Below are positions 53,028 to 62,154 of a stretch of DNA of 64,000 bases, piece after piece. Made by a program: the position numbers and the translations under genes. How positions within the stretch are numbered: the first letter of the stretch is position 1; every line of letters begins with the position of its first letter. The notes beneath the pieces are model-generated. The model worked only from the letters and a program-made list of their open reading frames with translations, was not told the DNA's origin and did no database searches. The stretch is from Candidatus Omnitrophota bacterium (GTDB lineage: Bacteria; Omnitrophota; Gorgyraeia; Gygaellales; Profunditerraquicolaceae), in the NCBI GenBank assembly GCA_041661605.1, contig JBAZUE010000001.1:786-64785 (forward strand). Direction: 5' to 3'.

Positions 53028-53870
53028 ATGATGAAGCCGGAGTGGTTGAATAAAAAGATTTCGCTTAGGGATTGCAGTCAGGTCAAGAATTTACTTAAAG
53101 GCCTGCGGCTGCATACGGTTTGCGAAGAGGCGCTCTGCCCGAATATGGGGGAATGTTTTAATAAGGGGCAGGCGACATTTATTATTCTTGGGGCAATCTG
53201 CACGCGGGCTTGCCGTTTTTGCGGGGTGGCTAAGGGTCGGCCGCTTGCTCCTGATGCTGACGAGCCGAGGCGTATTGTTGAGGCTGTGCAGAAGATGGGG
53301 CTAAAGCATGTGGTCATTACCAGTGTTACCCGTGATGATTTAGCTGACGGAGGGGCCTCGGTATTTGTAGAAACTATTTTACGCCTGCGCGCTCTAACCA
53401 GTAAAGTTTCAATTGAAACACTTATACCGGATTTTAATGCCGATGAAAAGTCTTTAGGCGCGCTTGCGCAAGCAAGCCCTGATATCATCGCTCATAATAT
53501 GGAAACAGTGCCGCGGTTATATAAAGATATACGGCCGCAGGGAGCAGAATATCGGCGTTCGCTGGAGGTTTTAAATATGTTAAAGCATATTGCTCCGGGA
53601 ATACCTCTTAAGTCCGGAATTATGCTTGGCCTGGGTGAGAAAAAAGATGAGGTTTTTTCAGTTTTTGATGACCTTATCAAAGCAGGCTGTTCGTTATTGA
53701 GTATCGGTCAGTATCTTGCGCCGAGTAATAAACATTTTTCCGTGCAGGAGTATGTCGCTCCGGAGGCTTTTCAGGAGTATAGGGATGAAGCCCTCAGGCG
53801 GGGATTTGCATTTGTAAAAAGCGGTCCGTATGTGCGCAGCTCTTATGCCGCCTATGAATATCTAAAATGA
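53028..53870 (+). CDS. lipA: Lipoyl synthase
   Basis: It has the N-terminal cluster CPNMGEC, the radical-SAM motif CTRACRFC, and a terminal RSSY. Confidence 0.9.
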   Translation: MMKPEWLNKKISLRDCSQVKNLLKGLRLHTVCEEALCPNMGECFNKGQATFIILGAICTRACRFCGVAKGRPLAPDADEPRRIVEAVQKMGLKHVVITSVTRDDLADGGASVFVETILRLRALTSKVSIETLIPDFNADEKSLGALAQASPDIIAHNMETVPRLYKDIRPQGAEYRRSLEVLNMLKHIAPGIPLKSGIMLGLGEKKDEVFSVFDDLIKAGCSLLSIGQYLAPSNKHFSVQEYVAPEAFQEYRDEALRRGFAFVKSGPYVRSSYAAYEYLK

Positions 53871-54709
53871 GAAAAAATTCCTCCAGTAACGGGTTCATTG
53901 AACATTCCTTGATGGGAGTTTTGTCGTTTATTAAAACCTCTTTATTTGCCGAGGAATATGCTTTAAAAGGCGGGTTTATGCAATCCCTGGATCAGCGGAT
54001 AAAAGCACTAAGTTTTGTTTTGTTGATCATCGCGACGCTGTTAACAAAAAATATCTTAGTCGTTTTCTGCCTCTATTTATTTTGTTTATTTCTGGCTGTC
54101 ATTTCTAAAGTCGGCCTGGGTTTTTTCTTGAAACGCACCTGGGTATTTATCCCGTTATTTTCGTTATTTATCGCGTTGCCTGCATTATTTAGTAATTTTA
54201 CCCCCGGGGCGGAATTTTTCAGTTTCAAAATCGCAGGCGTTTCCCTGGTAATTACCCGGCCGGGATTATTAACTGTTTTGTTATTTGTTTTGCGCGTTAC
54301 CGCCGCGGTTTCTTTTGCCGTGCTATTGAGCATCACTACGCGGCATTTTGAGTTGTTAAAGGTCCTGCGTACTTTTGGGATCCCTCAGGTTTTTGTGATG
54401 ACCTTAGGAGTCTGTTACCGTTATATTTATCTTTTGATAGGAATAATTGAGAATACGTATCTAGCCATTAAGAGCAGGGTGGGTTCAGTTGTGCATTATA
54501 AGAAAGGACAGCAAATAGTCGGCTGGAATATCGCTTTTCTCTGGGTGCGTTCCTGTCGTCTGAATGAAGATGTTTATAATGCCATGCTTTCCCGCGGGTA
54601 CAGCGGACAGCCTTATGTTCTGGATGATTTCCGGGCGCGCTTAAGGGATTGGCTGTGGCTGGCATTTACAGGAGTAACTCTAATATGGATTATCCGGTTT
54701 TTTCATTAA
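53867..54709 (+). CDS. cbiQ: ECF transporter transmembrane (T) component CbiQ
   Basis: This 280-aa multi-TM protein has the CbiQ-type loop TTRHFELLKVLRTFGIP...IENTYLAIKSR. Its ATG overlaps the lipA stop (ATGA). Confidence 0.75.
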   Translation: MRKNSSSNGFIEHSLMGVLSFIKTSLFAEEYALKGGFMQSLDQRIKALSFVLLIIATLLTKNILVVFCLYLFCLFLAVISKVGLGFFLKRTWVFIPLFSLFIALPALFSNFTPGAEFFSFKIAGVSLVITRPGLLTVLLFVLRVTAAVSFAVLLSITTRHFELLKVLRTFGIPQVFVMTLGVCYRYIYLLIGIIENTYLAIKSRVGSVVHYKKGQQIVGWNIAFLWVRSCRLNEDVYNAMLSRGYSGQPYVLDDFRARLRDWLWLAFTGVTLIWIIRFFH

Positions 54710-55503
54710 AGAATGTCTGGTTTTCTTATTTAGGCAGGTTTCCGGCATTAACTGCCGTGGATATTGATATTAAGCCGGGTGAAAAGATATCTATTATCGG
54801 CGCAAACGGTTCAGGCAAATCCACGCTTTTGCATCTCCTGGATGGACTGATTTTTGCGGATAAAGGGTCGGTGAATTTCTGCGGTAAAGAGTTAAATGAG
54901 AAAAGTTTTAATGATATCGAGTTTTCCCGTAATTTCAGGCGTAAAGTAGGATTTGTTTTTCAGAACCCTGATGTGCAGTTGTTCTGCCCGAGCGTTAAAG
55001 AGGATATTATCTTTGGGCCACTGCAACTGGGTGTAGCGAAAAGCGAAATCCAGGTCCGGCTGGAAAGACTCGTAACTATATTGGGGATCCAGGGTTTGCT
55101 GGACAGATCGCCGAATCAATTAAGTATAGGAGAGAAGCGTAAGGTAGCCTTAGCATCCACTTTAATTATCGAACCGGATGTCATTATCCTGGATGAACCG
55201 ACGGCCGGGCTTGACCCGTCAACTACGAGGCATATTATCGACCTGCTTCTGGATGAAAATGTTGCCGGAAAGACAATTATCACCTCTACGCATGACCTGC
55301 ATATTGTAGGGGAGATCTCGGATATGGTTTATGTTTTTGGAGCGGATAAAAGAATAGTTAAGTCCGGCCAGGCGGATAATATTTTAAATGACCTGGATTT
55401 GCTTACCGCCAATAACCTTGTGCACATCCACAGCCACAGGCATAAAGATAAGATGCATATCCATCCGCATGTGCATTTGGACCATCATGATGAGGAGCAT
55501 TGA
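54685..55503 (+). CDS. cbiO: ECF transporter ATPase CbiO with a C-terminal His-rich tail
   Basis: It has Walker A GANGSGKST, signature LSIGEKRKVALA and Walker B IILDEP. The tail is HIHSHRHKDKMHIHPHVHLDHHDEEH. The start is either the ATG at 54685 or the earlier in-frame site at 54649. Confidence 0.8.
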   Translation: MDYPVFSLKNVWFSYLGRFPALTAVDIDIKPGEKISIIGANGSGKSTLLHLLDGLIFADKGSVNFCGKELNEKSFNDIEFSRNFRRKVGFVFQNPDVQLFCPSVKEDIIFGPLQLGVAKSEIQVRLERLVTILGIQGLLDRSPNQLSIGEKRKVALASTLIIEPDVIILDEPTAGLDPSTTRHIIDLLLDENVAGKTIITSTHDLHIVGEISDMVYVFGADKRIVKSGQADNILNDLDLLTANNLVHIHSHRHKDKMHIHPHVHLDHHDEEH

Positions 55504-55504
55504 A

Positions 55505-55840
55505 ATGAAAAGAGATAGCGCTCCAGGAAAAGTTTTTTGTACGCCCCTTAAAGGCAGGCAAAGATTTTTACGTTTGTTTGGGGAATCAAGTAAGCAGTAT
55601 GGTTTAGCCTCCGGGCTTGTAACTTTAAAAAGCAAAGAGTCAGTTGGCCTGCATAACACTAAAAATAAAGAGGAGGCCTTGATTATTTTAGAAGGCCAGG
55701 CCCAAGTGTCATATGGAAAAGGCTCCAGAATCAAAGTAAAAAAGAACTGCTTTGTTTATATCCCGCCTAAGACCGACCACGACCTCAAAAACACAGGTAA
55801 AGGTATTCTAAAATACGTTTATATAACCGCTTGTATATAA
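55505..55840 (+). CDS. Cupin-domain protein
   Basis: This 111-aa protein has the cupin pattern G.HNTKNKEEALIILEG...YIPPKTDHDLKNTG. The ATG lies 1 nt after the cbiO stop. The track ORF 55388-55840 is an upstream extension within cbiO. Confidence 0.6.
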   Translation: MKRDSAPGKVFCTPLKGRQRFLRLFGESSKQYGLASGLVTLKSKESVGLHNTKNKEEALIILEGQAQVSYGKGSRIKVKKNCFVYIPPKTDHDLKNTGKGILKYVYITACI

Positions 55841-55924
55841 AGACGCAAAACAATTGTTTTTTGTTGAATTTAAGTAATTGTTTTGTAAGTCAAAGAGACC
55901 TGAAGGGTTATGTAAAGCGTCTTG
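55840..55924. repeat. Miniature inverted-repeat-bounded intergenic element containing copy B of the 51-nt element
   Basis: AAGACGC (55840-55846) and GCGTCTT (55917-55923) form terminal inverted repeats. The 14-bp palindrome AAAACAATTGTTTT is at 55847-55860. Copy B occupies 55874-55924. Confidence 0.65.
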
Positions 55925-55949
55925 AAATTTAAGATTATTAATGTAGAAT
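55922..55949 (+). promoter_or_regulatory. Sigma70-type promoter candidate for the sensor kinase gene
   Basis: TTGAAA (55922-55927), a 16-nt spacer, then TAGAAT (55944-55949). The predicted start site would fall at or next to the ATG at 55956, giving a very short or absent leader. Confidence 0.35.
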
Positions 55950-55955
55950 GATGCT

Positions 55956-58805
55956 ATGATGGAATTTTTTAAATCCCAGATGGATTATATTTTTTTCATA
56001 TATGGGATGAGCTTTTTTATCCTCTCGGCTGTCTGCCTGTTGTTAGTAAAAATCCAAGAAATAAAATTGCCCTGGTTGTGGCTGGGATTATTCGGTTTTA
56101 CCCATGCCATTAATGAATGGCTGGATTTATTTTCCATAAGCATTGGCGATACTGATGCGTTTAGCCTGCTGCGGCTGGCGGTAATGCTGGTATCATTCGT
56201 ATTCCTGGCAGGATTCTCCTGGTTGAGTTACTCGGCATTAAGAGGCAAATCTTTGAACCAGTGGTTTTTGATTCCCTGGTTATCGTTGGTTTTCTTGGGA
56301 TGGTATTTTGATAAAAATAACGGATTTAATTTTACCTGCCGATATTTGCTGGGGTTTGTCAGCGCCCTTAGCGCAGGGGCCATCCTGGTTTCTTACGCTT
56401 TAAAATTTAAGAATAGCCGGAGACGGTTAATTACTGCTTTAGGTTTCTTTATCGCAGCCTATTCTTTTACCCAACTCGTAATCTCAAGCCCGCCGCCTTT
56501 GTTTAAGCATACGTTATTGAACCAGGATAATTTTGCCCAATTTACCGGTTTTCCTATACAGCTGCTACGCTGCGTTTTGGCTATGTGCGCCGCTTTTACT
56601 ACCTTGGCATACTGGTATTTTATACAAGGCGGCCATGGCAATGACGGGTTGAGTAAAAAGAAAAGAAAACAGGTCCTCTCACTGGGGTTAGTTTATTTGA
56701 CCCTGGTAATTCTGGGTTGGTTGATTACACAAAGCATTGGGGTTTATTTCAATCGTTTAAATGTTAATGAGCTGTCGGCTAAGGCTAATACTGTGGCCGC
56801 GGCGATAAATTTCCGCTACGTGAATTCACTGACCGCTTCGGCCGCGGATACGGGTAATCCCGCTTACGAGCGCCTCAAGGAGCAGCTTAAGGCGGTAAAT
56901 GAGGTTAACGCTGATTTAAGATTTGTTTATTTAATGCGGCTTGATAAAGGTAAGATAATCTTCCTTGCGGATTCAGAGCCGGATTCTTCTGCCAGCAGTT
57001 CTTATCCGGGACAGGTTTATACAGAGGCTCCCCCGGAGTTAAAAACTAAATTCTTAAGCCGTCAGGCCTTTGTTATTAAAGCCTACACCGACAGATGGGG
57101 CAGCTGGATTTCTGTTTTTGCCCCGGTAATTGATTTAAGAAACAATGAAATAGTCGCTTTGGTCGGTATGGACATGGATGTAAAAATATGGCAGCAGAAG
57201 ATGTTTTTGCGCCGTCTGCTTGGTATCTTTATAAGTTTTTGCATGTTTATTTTGTTTTCCGTTTTTTTTATCATCAATCAGATCAACCGGGCCTCCGCCG
57301 AAAAAATAGCTGTTTCACAGAAGCATTTGCAAACATTGATTGATAATATCCCCAGCCCGGTTTTCTATAAGAATGCGCAGGGTAAATATTTAGGTTGTAA
57401 TTTTTCCTTTGCGCAATTCTTCGGGTTAACAAAAGAGACTGTAATCGGCAAGAGTTTCTTTGATATTAACCCACCTAAGAGCGCGGAAATTAATCACCTG
57501 GTAGATGTTGAGCTGTTCAGTTCGCCTGGGGGTGGATCTAAGATTTATGAATCTGAGATACTGGATGCGCAAGGTGAAAAACATATGATGCTTTTAAGCA
57601 AATCCACATATCCGGGCCCGGATGGAAAGATCGCCGGGTTAGTCGGGGTGATGCAGGATATTACCGAGCGCAAGATGATGTTGGAAGAATTAAAGCAGAA
57701 GAATATCGCGCTGGAAAAACTGGACCAATTAAAATCGGATTTTGTCGCCATGGTATCTCATGAGCTGCGTACCCCGCTTTCCATAACCAAGGAAGGCATC
57801 AGCCTGGTTTTGGACGGGATTTCCGGCAGCATTAATCCAGAGCAGAGTAAAATCCTTGCTACCTCCAAGAATAATATCGACCGGCTGGCCAGGATTATCA
57901 ACAGCCTTCTGGATATTTCTAAGATAGAAAGCGGCAGGGTGGAACTTAGAAAGAAAAACGTTGATATCGAAGCTTTGATAAAAACCGTTGTTTCTTCATT
58001 TCAAAATATGGCGGAAGAAAAAAAATTGGAGATAAGGCTTGATCTGGCTGAAGGGAAAGGGTTAAGTTTGTATGTTGATGAAGACAGGATAATCCAGGTT
58101 TTTACTAACCTGATCGGAAATTCCCTTAAATTTACCGAGAAAGGGCATATTGATGTTTCGCTGGCGCAAAGAGAAAATGAGGTGGAGTTTACAGTCAGCG
58201 ATACAGGTATCGGCATCGCAGAAGAAAATATCCCCAGGGTGTTTACTAAATTTCTGCAGTTTGGCCGCACCCCCGGGGGAGGAGAAAAAGGCACGGGTTT
58301 AGGGCTTTCTATAGCCAAGGGCCTGGTTGAACTGCACAGGGGCAAGATCCGGCTGGAGAGTGAAGTTGGCAAAGGCACAAAATTTATATTTAGCCTGCCT
58401 AAATATCCCGCGAATGAAAACGCCAGGGAGTACATTGAAGACGCTATCGATGAAGCAAATAAATGTAATATGCATCTGACTTTAGCTGTTGTAACTTTCA
58501 GCTATTCTGATAAAATAAGGAATACCTATGCCGGTTTAAAGGAAGATTTGCATAAGATTATCAGGGCTCAACTGTATAGAGAAAAAGATGCGGCTCTGGA
58601 ATACCCGGATGAATTATTTATTATCATGCGGGACTGCGACAAGAACTGCGGGTTTATTGTGCAGGGCAGGATTGAGCAGGCATTAAGAAGTTATTTTGAC
58701 AAAATTAATCTTGGTAATGATATAAAAATAAATCTCAGATTAGCTGTTTATCCTGATGAGGCCAAGAACTATCAGGAGTTAGTGAATAAGGCCAGATACG
58801 GATAA
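55956..58805 (+). CDS. Large membrane sensor histidine kinase (multi-TM N-terminus, extracytoplasmic sensor domain, PAS, HisKA, HATPase_c, degenerate GGDEF-like tail)
   Basis: The first 260 aa hold ~8 TM helices. It has a second TM pair around a ~160-aa loop, a PAS region (IDNIPSPVFYKN...), HisKA (FVAMVSHELRTPLSI) and GTGLGLSIAK. The C-terminal ~130 aa parallel the tail of the kinase at 29373-30830. Confidence 0.85.
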   Translation: MMEFFKSQMDYIFFIYGMSFFILSAVCLLLVKIQEIKLPWLWLGLFGFTHAINEWLDLFSISIGDTDAFSLLRLAVMLVSFVFLAGFSWLSYSALRGKSLNQWFLIPWLSLVFLGWYFDKNNGFNFTCRYLLGFVSALSAGAILVSYALKFKNSRRRLITALGFFIAAYSFTQLVISSPPPLFKHTLLNQDNFAQFTGFPIQLLRCVLAMCAAFTTLAYWYFIQGGHGNDGLSKKKRKQVLSLGLVYLTLVILGWLITQSIGVYFNRLNVNELSAKANTVAAAINFRYVNSLTASAADTGNPAYERLKEQLKAVNEVNADLRFVYLMRLDKGKIIFLADSEPDSSASSSYPGQVYTEAPPELKTKFLSRQAFVIKAYTDRWGSWISVFAPVIDLRNNEIVALVGMDMDVKIWQQKMFLRRLLGIFISFCMFILFSVFFIINQINRASAEKIAVSQKHLQTLIDNIPSPVFYKNAQGKYLGCNFSFAQFFGLTKETVIGKSFFDINPPKSAEINHLVDVELFSSPGGGSKIYESEILDAQGEKHMMLLSKSTYPGPDGKIAGLVGVMQDITERKMMLEELKQKNIALEKLDQLKSDFVAMVSHELRTPLSITKEGISLVLDGISGSINPEQSKILATSKNNIDRLARIINSLLDISKIESGRVELRKKNVDIEALIKTVVSSFQNMAEEKKLEIRLDLAEGKGLSLYVDEDRIIQVFTNLIGNSLKFTEKGHIDVSLAQRENEVEFTVSDTGIGIAEENIPRVFTKFLQFGRTPGGGEKGTGLGLSIAKGLVELHRGKIRLESEVGKGTKFIFSLPKYPANENAREYIEDAIDEANKCNMHLTLAVVTFSYSDKIRNTYAGLKEDLHKIIRAQLYREKDAALEYPDELFIIMRDCDKNCGFIVQGRIEQALRSYFDKINLGNDIKINLRLAVYPDEAKNYQELVNKARYG

Positions 58806-58836
58806 GCTAAAACTCAAAGAAATAAGCGGAGCGGAT

Positions 58837-60492
58837 ATGGAGATAATCGATTTATTATTAAAACAGAATTTGATCACCCAGGCGCAGGTAGAGAAGGCCA
58901 GGGATGAGGTAAAACGCACCGGGATTAAACTTGAAAAGGCCCTGGAAAAGTTAGGTTTTATTACCGAAGAGGATATCGCTGAAGCAAGGGCTAATGCCTC
59001 GGGTTTCCTGTACATGAACCTGGAGGATTATGTCATTGACGCAGAGCTTACCAAACTTATCCCGGAAAGTATCGCCAATAAATATAAGGTAGTGCCGCTT
59101 TTCAAGATTATGGATACCTTGACAGTGGGGATGGCTGACCCCAGCGATATCCAGGCGCTTGACCATGTCCGCAGGATCAGCAAGGCAGGTTCGGTGGATC
59201 CGGTGCTGGTTTCTTCAAAAAGCATCGAGAAGGTCCTGGATTTTTATTATGGGCAGGGAAATTCCGTTGAAGAGATTGTAAAGAGCATTGAAAAAAAGAA
59301 AATGCCGGCTGATAAAGGGTTCTTGATGGAGTCCGCGGAGGAGCCGCCGGTAATAAAGCTGGTGAATATTTTGATTTCCGAAGCAGTCAAGGACCGCGTA
59401 TCAGATATACATATAGAGCCGGAGATGGAGGTCCTGCGCGTGCGCTACCGTATTGACGGAATCTTGCATGAAGTGCACAGCCTGCCGAAGAAACTGCAGA
59501 ACGCGGTTATCTCAAGAGTTAAGATACTGGCAGAGATGGATATCGCCGAGAGCAGAAGGCCGCAGGACGGAAAGATCAGCGTGAAGCTGGAAAATAAGGA
59601 TTTGGATATCAGGGTTTCTACATTTCCTACAGTCCACGGCGAGAATGTGGTTATGCGCTTGTTGGACCGTTCCTCTATTTTATTAGGATTAAAAGACCTG
59701 GGTTTTAGCAAGGATAACCTGGAAATATTCAGCAGGATGATCCTGCAGCCAAACGGGATAATTTTGGTTACCGGGCCTACCGGCAGCGGTAAAACCACTA
59801 CGCTTTACTCCGCCTTAAGCACAATCAGCTCAATGGAAAAAAATATTATTACGATTGAAGATCCCGTTGAATATGAGCTGCCCTTGATCCGCCAGACCCA
59901 GGTAAATCCCAAAGCGGATATTACTTTTGCTAATGGCCTGCGTTCAATTTTGCGCCAGGATCCGGATGTGATCATGGTTGGTGAAATCCGCGACAAAGAG
60001 ACGGCGGAGGTGGCTATCCAGGCATCTTTAACCGGGCATCTGGTTTTTTCAACCTTACATACTAATGACGCCTCTAGTTCCCTGACCCGTTTGATTGATA
60101 TGGGGCTGGAGCCGTTCTTAATCTCCAGTTCATTAATCCTTGTTGTCGCCCAGCGCCTTGTGCGTCAGATCTGCCCGAAGTGCAAAGAAGAATATTCGCC
60201 TACGCCGGCGGCTTTAGAGGATTTAGGATTGGATATTAAGGCGAAATTCTTCCGCGGCAAAGGATGCCCTCTTTGTAAAAATACCGGCTTTACCGGCCGG
60301 ATAGGGATATTTGAAGTATTAGTGCTTAATGAAACTATCCGTAAAATGGTTGAAGAGAAGAATTCGGCTGACGCGATCAAGAAAAAGGCGGTTGAGCTGG
60401 GGATGAAGACTTTGCGTGAAGATGGACTGGAAAAAGCAAAGGCAGGCTTGACTACCATCGAAGAGATATTGAGAGTTACCGAGATAGAATAA
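58837..60492 (+). CDS. Type IV pilus / T2SS assembly ATPase, second paralogue (PilB/GspE family)
   Basis: It has Walker A GPTGSGKTT, His box TGHLVFSTLHTND and a tetracysteine motif (CPKC...CPLC). The protein is 551 aa. Confidence 0.9.
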   Translation: MEIIDLLLKQNLITQAQVEKARDEVKRTGIKLEKALEKLGFITEEDIAEARANASGFLYMNLEDYVIDAELTKLIPESIANKYKVVPLFKIMDTLTVGMADPSDIQALDHVRRISKAGSVDPVLVSSKSIEKVLDFYYGQGNSVEEIVKSIEKKKMPADKGFLMESAEEPPVIKLVNILISEAVKDRVSDIHIEPEMEVLRVRYRIDGILHEVHSLPKKLQNAVISRVKILAEMDIAESRRPQDGKISVKLENKDLDIRVSTFPTVHGENVVMRLLDRSSILLGLKDLGFSKDNLEIFSRMILQPNGIILVTGPTGSGKTTTLYSALSTISSMEKNIITIEDPVEYELPLIRQTQVNPKADITFANGLRSILRQDPDVIMVGEIRDKETAEVAIQASLTGHLVFSTLHTNDASSSLTRLIDMGLEPFLISSSLILVVAQRLVRQICPKCKEEYSPTPAALEDLGLDIKAKFFRGKGCPLCKNTGFTGRIGIFEVLVLNETIRKMVEEKNSADAIKKKAVELGMKTLREDGLEKAKAGLTTIEEILRVTEIE

Positions 60493-60495
60493 TTT

Positions 60496-61710
60496 ATGCC
60501 TAAATATCAATATAAAAGCAGGGATAAGTTCGGCAAAGAGGCCCGCGGGATAATGGAAGCCGATGGTGAAGATGCCGTAGCCCAAAAGCTGATCCAGATG
60601 GGTTTTACTCCCATTTCCATAACAGAAACAAAGGAGTCCGGGCTGCCGCTTAATTTCTCCAATCCAGGCACCCGGATAAAATTCTCTGAACTGAATATGT
60701 TTACGCGGCAATTGGCAACCCTGCAGAAAGCAGGCCTGCCGATTTTGCTTTCTTTAAGCGCTTTGCGCGAACAGGTACAGAATAAAACCTTTAAAGAGGT
60801 TATCAGCCAGATAATCCGGGATATTGAGGCAGGGTCAAATTTATCCGGCGCGTTAGAGAAATACCCGAAGATATTTAACAGTCTTTATCTAAATATGGTC
60901 GCCTCAGGCGAGGCCAGCGGCCGGCTGGATGAGGTTTTAGAGAGGCTGGCAACATTAAGCGAGCATGATGAAACAATCCGGCTGCGGATTAAATCCGCAA
61001 CCCGTTATCCTATTATTGTAGTAGTCGCCATGATCATCGGTTTTGTCGTGCTGACTGTTTTAGTGGTCCCCCGCTATGCCAAAATTTATGAACAATACAC
61101 CAAGGCGCTGCCTCTGCCGACGCAGATACTTTTGTGGATTAATTACGCGGTAACTAAACTTTGGTGGGCATTAGTTATTGTCGCTATAGGGGCCCGTTTT
61201 CTTTTTAAGCGGTATATTAGTACCAAAATCGGCAAGTTCAGCTGGGACAGCTTAAAACTAAAAGTCCCGGTTTTTGGCCCGTTAATATTAAAACTTTCCA
61301 TTTCGCGTTTTACGCGTATTACCGGCACACTTATGCGCAGCGGTATCCCGATCCTGAAGATCCTGGATATTTCTTCCGGATCAACCGGCAATGAGGTTGT
61401 GTCCAAAGCTGTAACTAATATCAGGAATAATGTCATGGAAGGTAAAGGTATCGCTGAACCGATGAAGGTCAGCGGCCTGTTCCCGCCCATAGTGACACAG
61501 ATGGTTTCGGTGGGGGAGGAGACCGGTAAGCTTGATGAACTGCTTATTCATGTTTCTGATTATTATGATGAGCAGGTGGATTATACTATTAGCAACCTAA
61601 CTTCATTAATTGAGCCGATACTGATCTTTTTTCTGGGGTTGGGGGTTTTATTTATGGCCCTGGGAATATTTCTGCCGATGTGGAATTTAATGAGCATCTT
61701 TAAGAAATAA
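60496..61710 (+). CDS. Type IV pilus / T2SS platform protein, second paralogue (PilC/GspF family)
   Basis: This 404-aa protein has a duplicated T2SSF-type domain and begins 3 nt after the ATPase stop. Confidence 0.9.
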   Translation: MPKYQYKSRDKFGKEARGIMEADGEDAVAQKLIQMGFTPISITETKESGLPLNFSNPGTRIKFSELNMFTRQLATLQKAGLPILLSLSALREQVQNKTFKEVISQIIRDIEAGSNLSGALEKYPKIFNSLYLNMVASGEASGRLDEVLERLATLSEHDETIRLRIKSATRYPIIVVVAMIIGFVVLTVLVVPRYAKIYEQYTKALPLPTQILLWINYAVTKLWWALVIVAIGARFLFKRYISTKIGKFSWDSLKLKVPVFGPLILKLSISRFTRITGTLMRSGIPILKILDISSGSTGNEVVSKAVTNIRNNVMEGKGIAEPMKVSGLFPPIVTQMVSVGEETGKLDELLIHVSDYYDEQVDYTISNLTSLIEPILIFFLGLGVLFMALGIFLPMWNLMSIFKK

Positions 61711-62126
61711 TGCGCCCGCTGCTTTGGCCAGGCTCATTCAAGAAAGATAAAAGCGGCCTGCTTCTTTTGGATTTGGCTGTTTCTTTGACAATTATCGGGT
61801 TTTTGATCTGGATATTCGGCGGCTTTATCGGAAGACTTACGCAGAATTCCCGTGAGGTTGCCCTGCGTTACCAGCTGAATAATTTCCGTATGCTGCTTGT
61901 GTTGTATAAGGAATTAAAAGGACATTATCCGGAGGATTTAAAAGAACTTGTTCAATCCAGGCACAGGCTATCTAAAACGGATGAGCTTATCTTCAAAGAG
62001 AAATTCTTAAGTTCAGTTGAGCAGGATGAACATGGTGCTCCGTTAGATGCCTTTGGCATGCGTCTTTATTATGATTCCAGGAAGGGGGTGGTTGGTTCAA
62101 CAACAAAAGGTTATGAAAATTGGTAG
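61710..62126 (+). CDS. Hypothetical bitopic protein with a degenerate prepilin-like N-terminus
   Basis: KSG/LLLLDLAVSLTIIGFLIWIFGG has Gly then Asp at +5, where prepilins have Glu. It is 138 aa and its ATG overlaps the upstream stop. Confidence 0.45.
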   Translation: MRPLLWPGSFKKDKSGLLLLDLAVSLTIIGFLIWIFGGFIGRLTQNSREVALRYQLNNFRMLLVLYKELKGHYPEDLKELVQSRHRLSKTDELIFKEKFLSSVEQDEHGAPLDAFGMRLYYDSRKGVVGSTTKGYENW

Positions 62127-62154
62127 TATAATATAAACTATAGGAGGATTAGAA

